From Microthyrium microscopicum (taxonomy: Eukaryota): a stretch of DNA of 64,000 nucleotides. Within the stretch, counting starts at the first letter, position 1. The number at the start of each line of letters is the position of its first letter. The notes beneath the pieces are model-generated. The model saw nothing but the letters and a program-made list of their open reading frames with translations, did no database searches and was not told the origin of the DNA. This document shows, piece by piece, positions 63,191 to 64,000 of the stretch. A program made the translations under genes and the position numbers. The stretch spans positions 1,254,538 to 1,318,537 of the forward strand of contig MU004235.1 of the NCBI GenBank assembly GCA_010405405.1, given 5' to 3'.

Positions 63191-64000
63191 ATTGAATCAT
63201 ACGCAAATCCAAGTAGTCTAGGTAGACAAGTCCACAGAGCGATTCAACTTTTCAACATCTTTATGATAACTTTTCACGTGCTATAGATTATGGCAAGACA
63301 CTGTTTAGTAAGTGATTTGCATGACGTAGATCCTCCATATCTGACTACAGGCTAAACGATGGTAGACAGATGCTCCGCGGAATTCATTACGTTAGATCTG
63401 CAGAAATATCCGGAGAGCTCACAGAAGGCTCGCTTGCATGATCGAACAGAGATTGTAGTTAGAATATCCCGCCTTTACGCCCTCGACCCTTCTGCAATCG
63501 CTCATCGATAGACCTGAATGCGAATGATGATTGGTGGGATGCTCCAATTAGTGGTCATGCAATGTAACCAAAAATCTGTCACCTTGCATCATCCTGGATT
63601 GCTGCATTCGGTATACGTATAGACTTGGCGAGCCCAATCAAGAAGTAGGCTAAGGTGCACTCACCGCATTGAGCATACATTCATGCCAGCGCTTCGCGTT
63701 TGGATCGCGGACCAGCGTGCGACAGAATATGGCAGCCATTTGGATGCGACTCCGAGTGACTGCGATGTCTGCCATAACACTTCTCGAATGATATCTCGAC
63801 CAGTACTTTCCATTAGGTATATCATTCAATCAGTCTGTCTAAACGAATTGTTCCCTACTCTCCTAGTCTAAGAGAACAAAGAATCTTCACCATTACCAAT
63901 TATTACAAATCACTACGCTCTTTTGGGCATCCATTTCCAGATAGCCATTACAACGACTAGCATTGGCACCGTGTATCTAAGCACCCGCCTGACACTCATG

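Overview
Gene-dense window from a filamentous ascomycete (Pezizomycotina-type GT-AG introns with CTAAC/CTGAC branch points). Left to right it contains: (1) an intronless RecQ-type SF2 helicase with upstream 20-bp repeats, possibly mobile. (2) A 7-gene oxidative/catabolic cluster at 5.1-18.5 kb: flavin monooxygenase, acyl-CoA ligase and SDR both ending in PTS1-like tails, P450, ALDH, EthD-like protein and SirQ/PRISE reductase. (3) A Myb-like gene, an ERD2-like gene and a hypothetical gene. (4) An orphan island at 27.6-34.9 kb of small helical genes. Three of them keep a conserved promoter plus CNGG(N)-loop hairpins matching the Smaug/Vts1 recognition element in both UTRs, while their proteins have diverged strongly. 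(5) An AVT1-like transporter, a stop-interrupted C-terminal Zn2Cys6 gene, FAP7/AK6, a HeLo-like/Lrg1-LIM fusion lacking RhoGAP, and an aspartic protease. (6) A 4-gene cluster: esterase, ACAD10/11-type dehydrogenase, PRISE and ACAD10/11-type kinase. (7) A pseudogene and a 2-kb array of 12 CGGAC-N44/45-(G/A)TCCG units. (8) A KS-less AT-ACP-TE gene predicted to end in -AKL, next to a CYP52-like P450 and a fatty acyl-CoA reductase. No RNA genes or CRISPR arrays were recognised. All gene models were spliced by eye and family calls come from motif recognition, not database searches.
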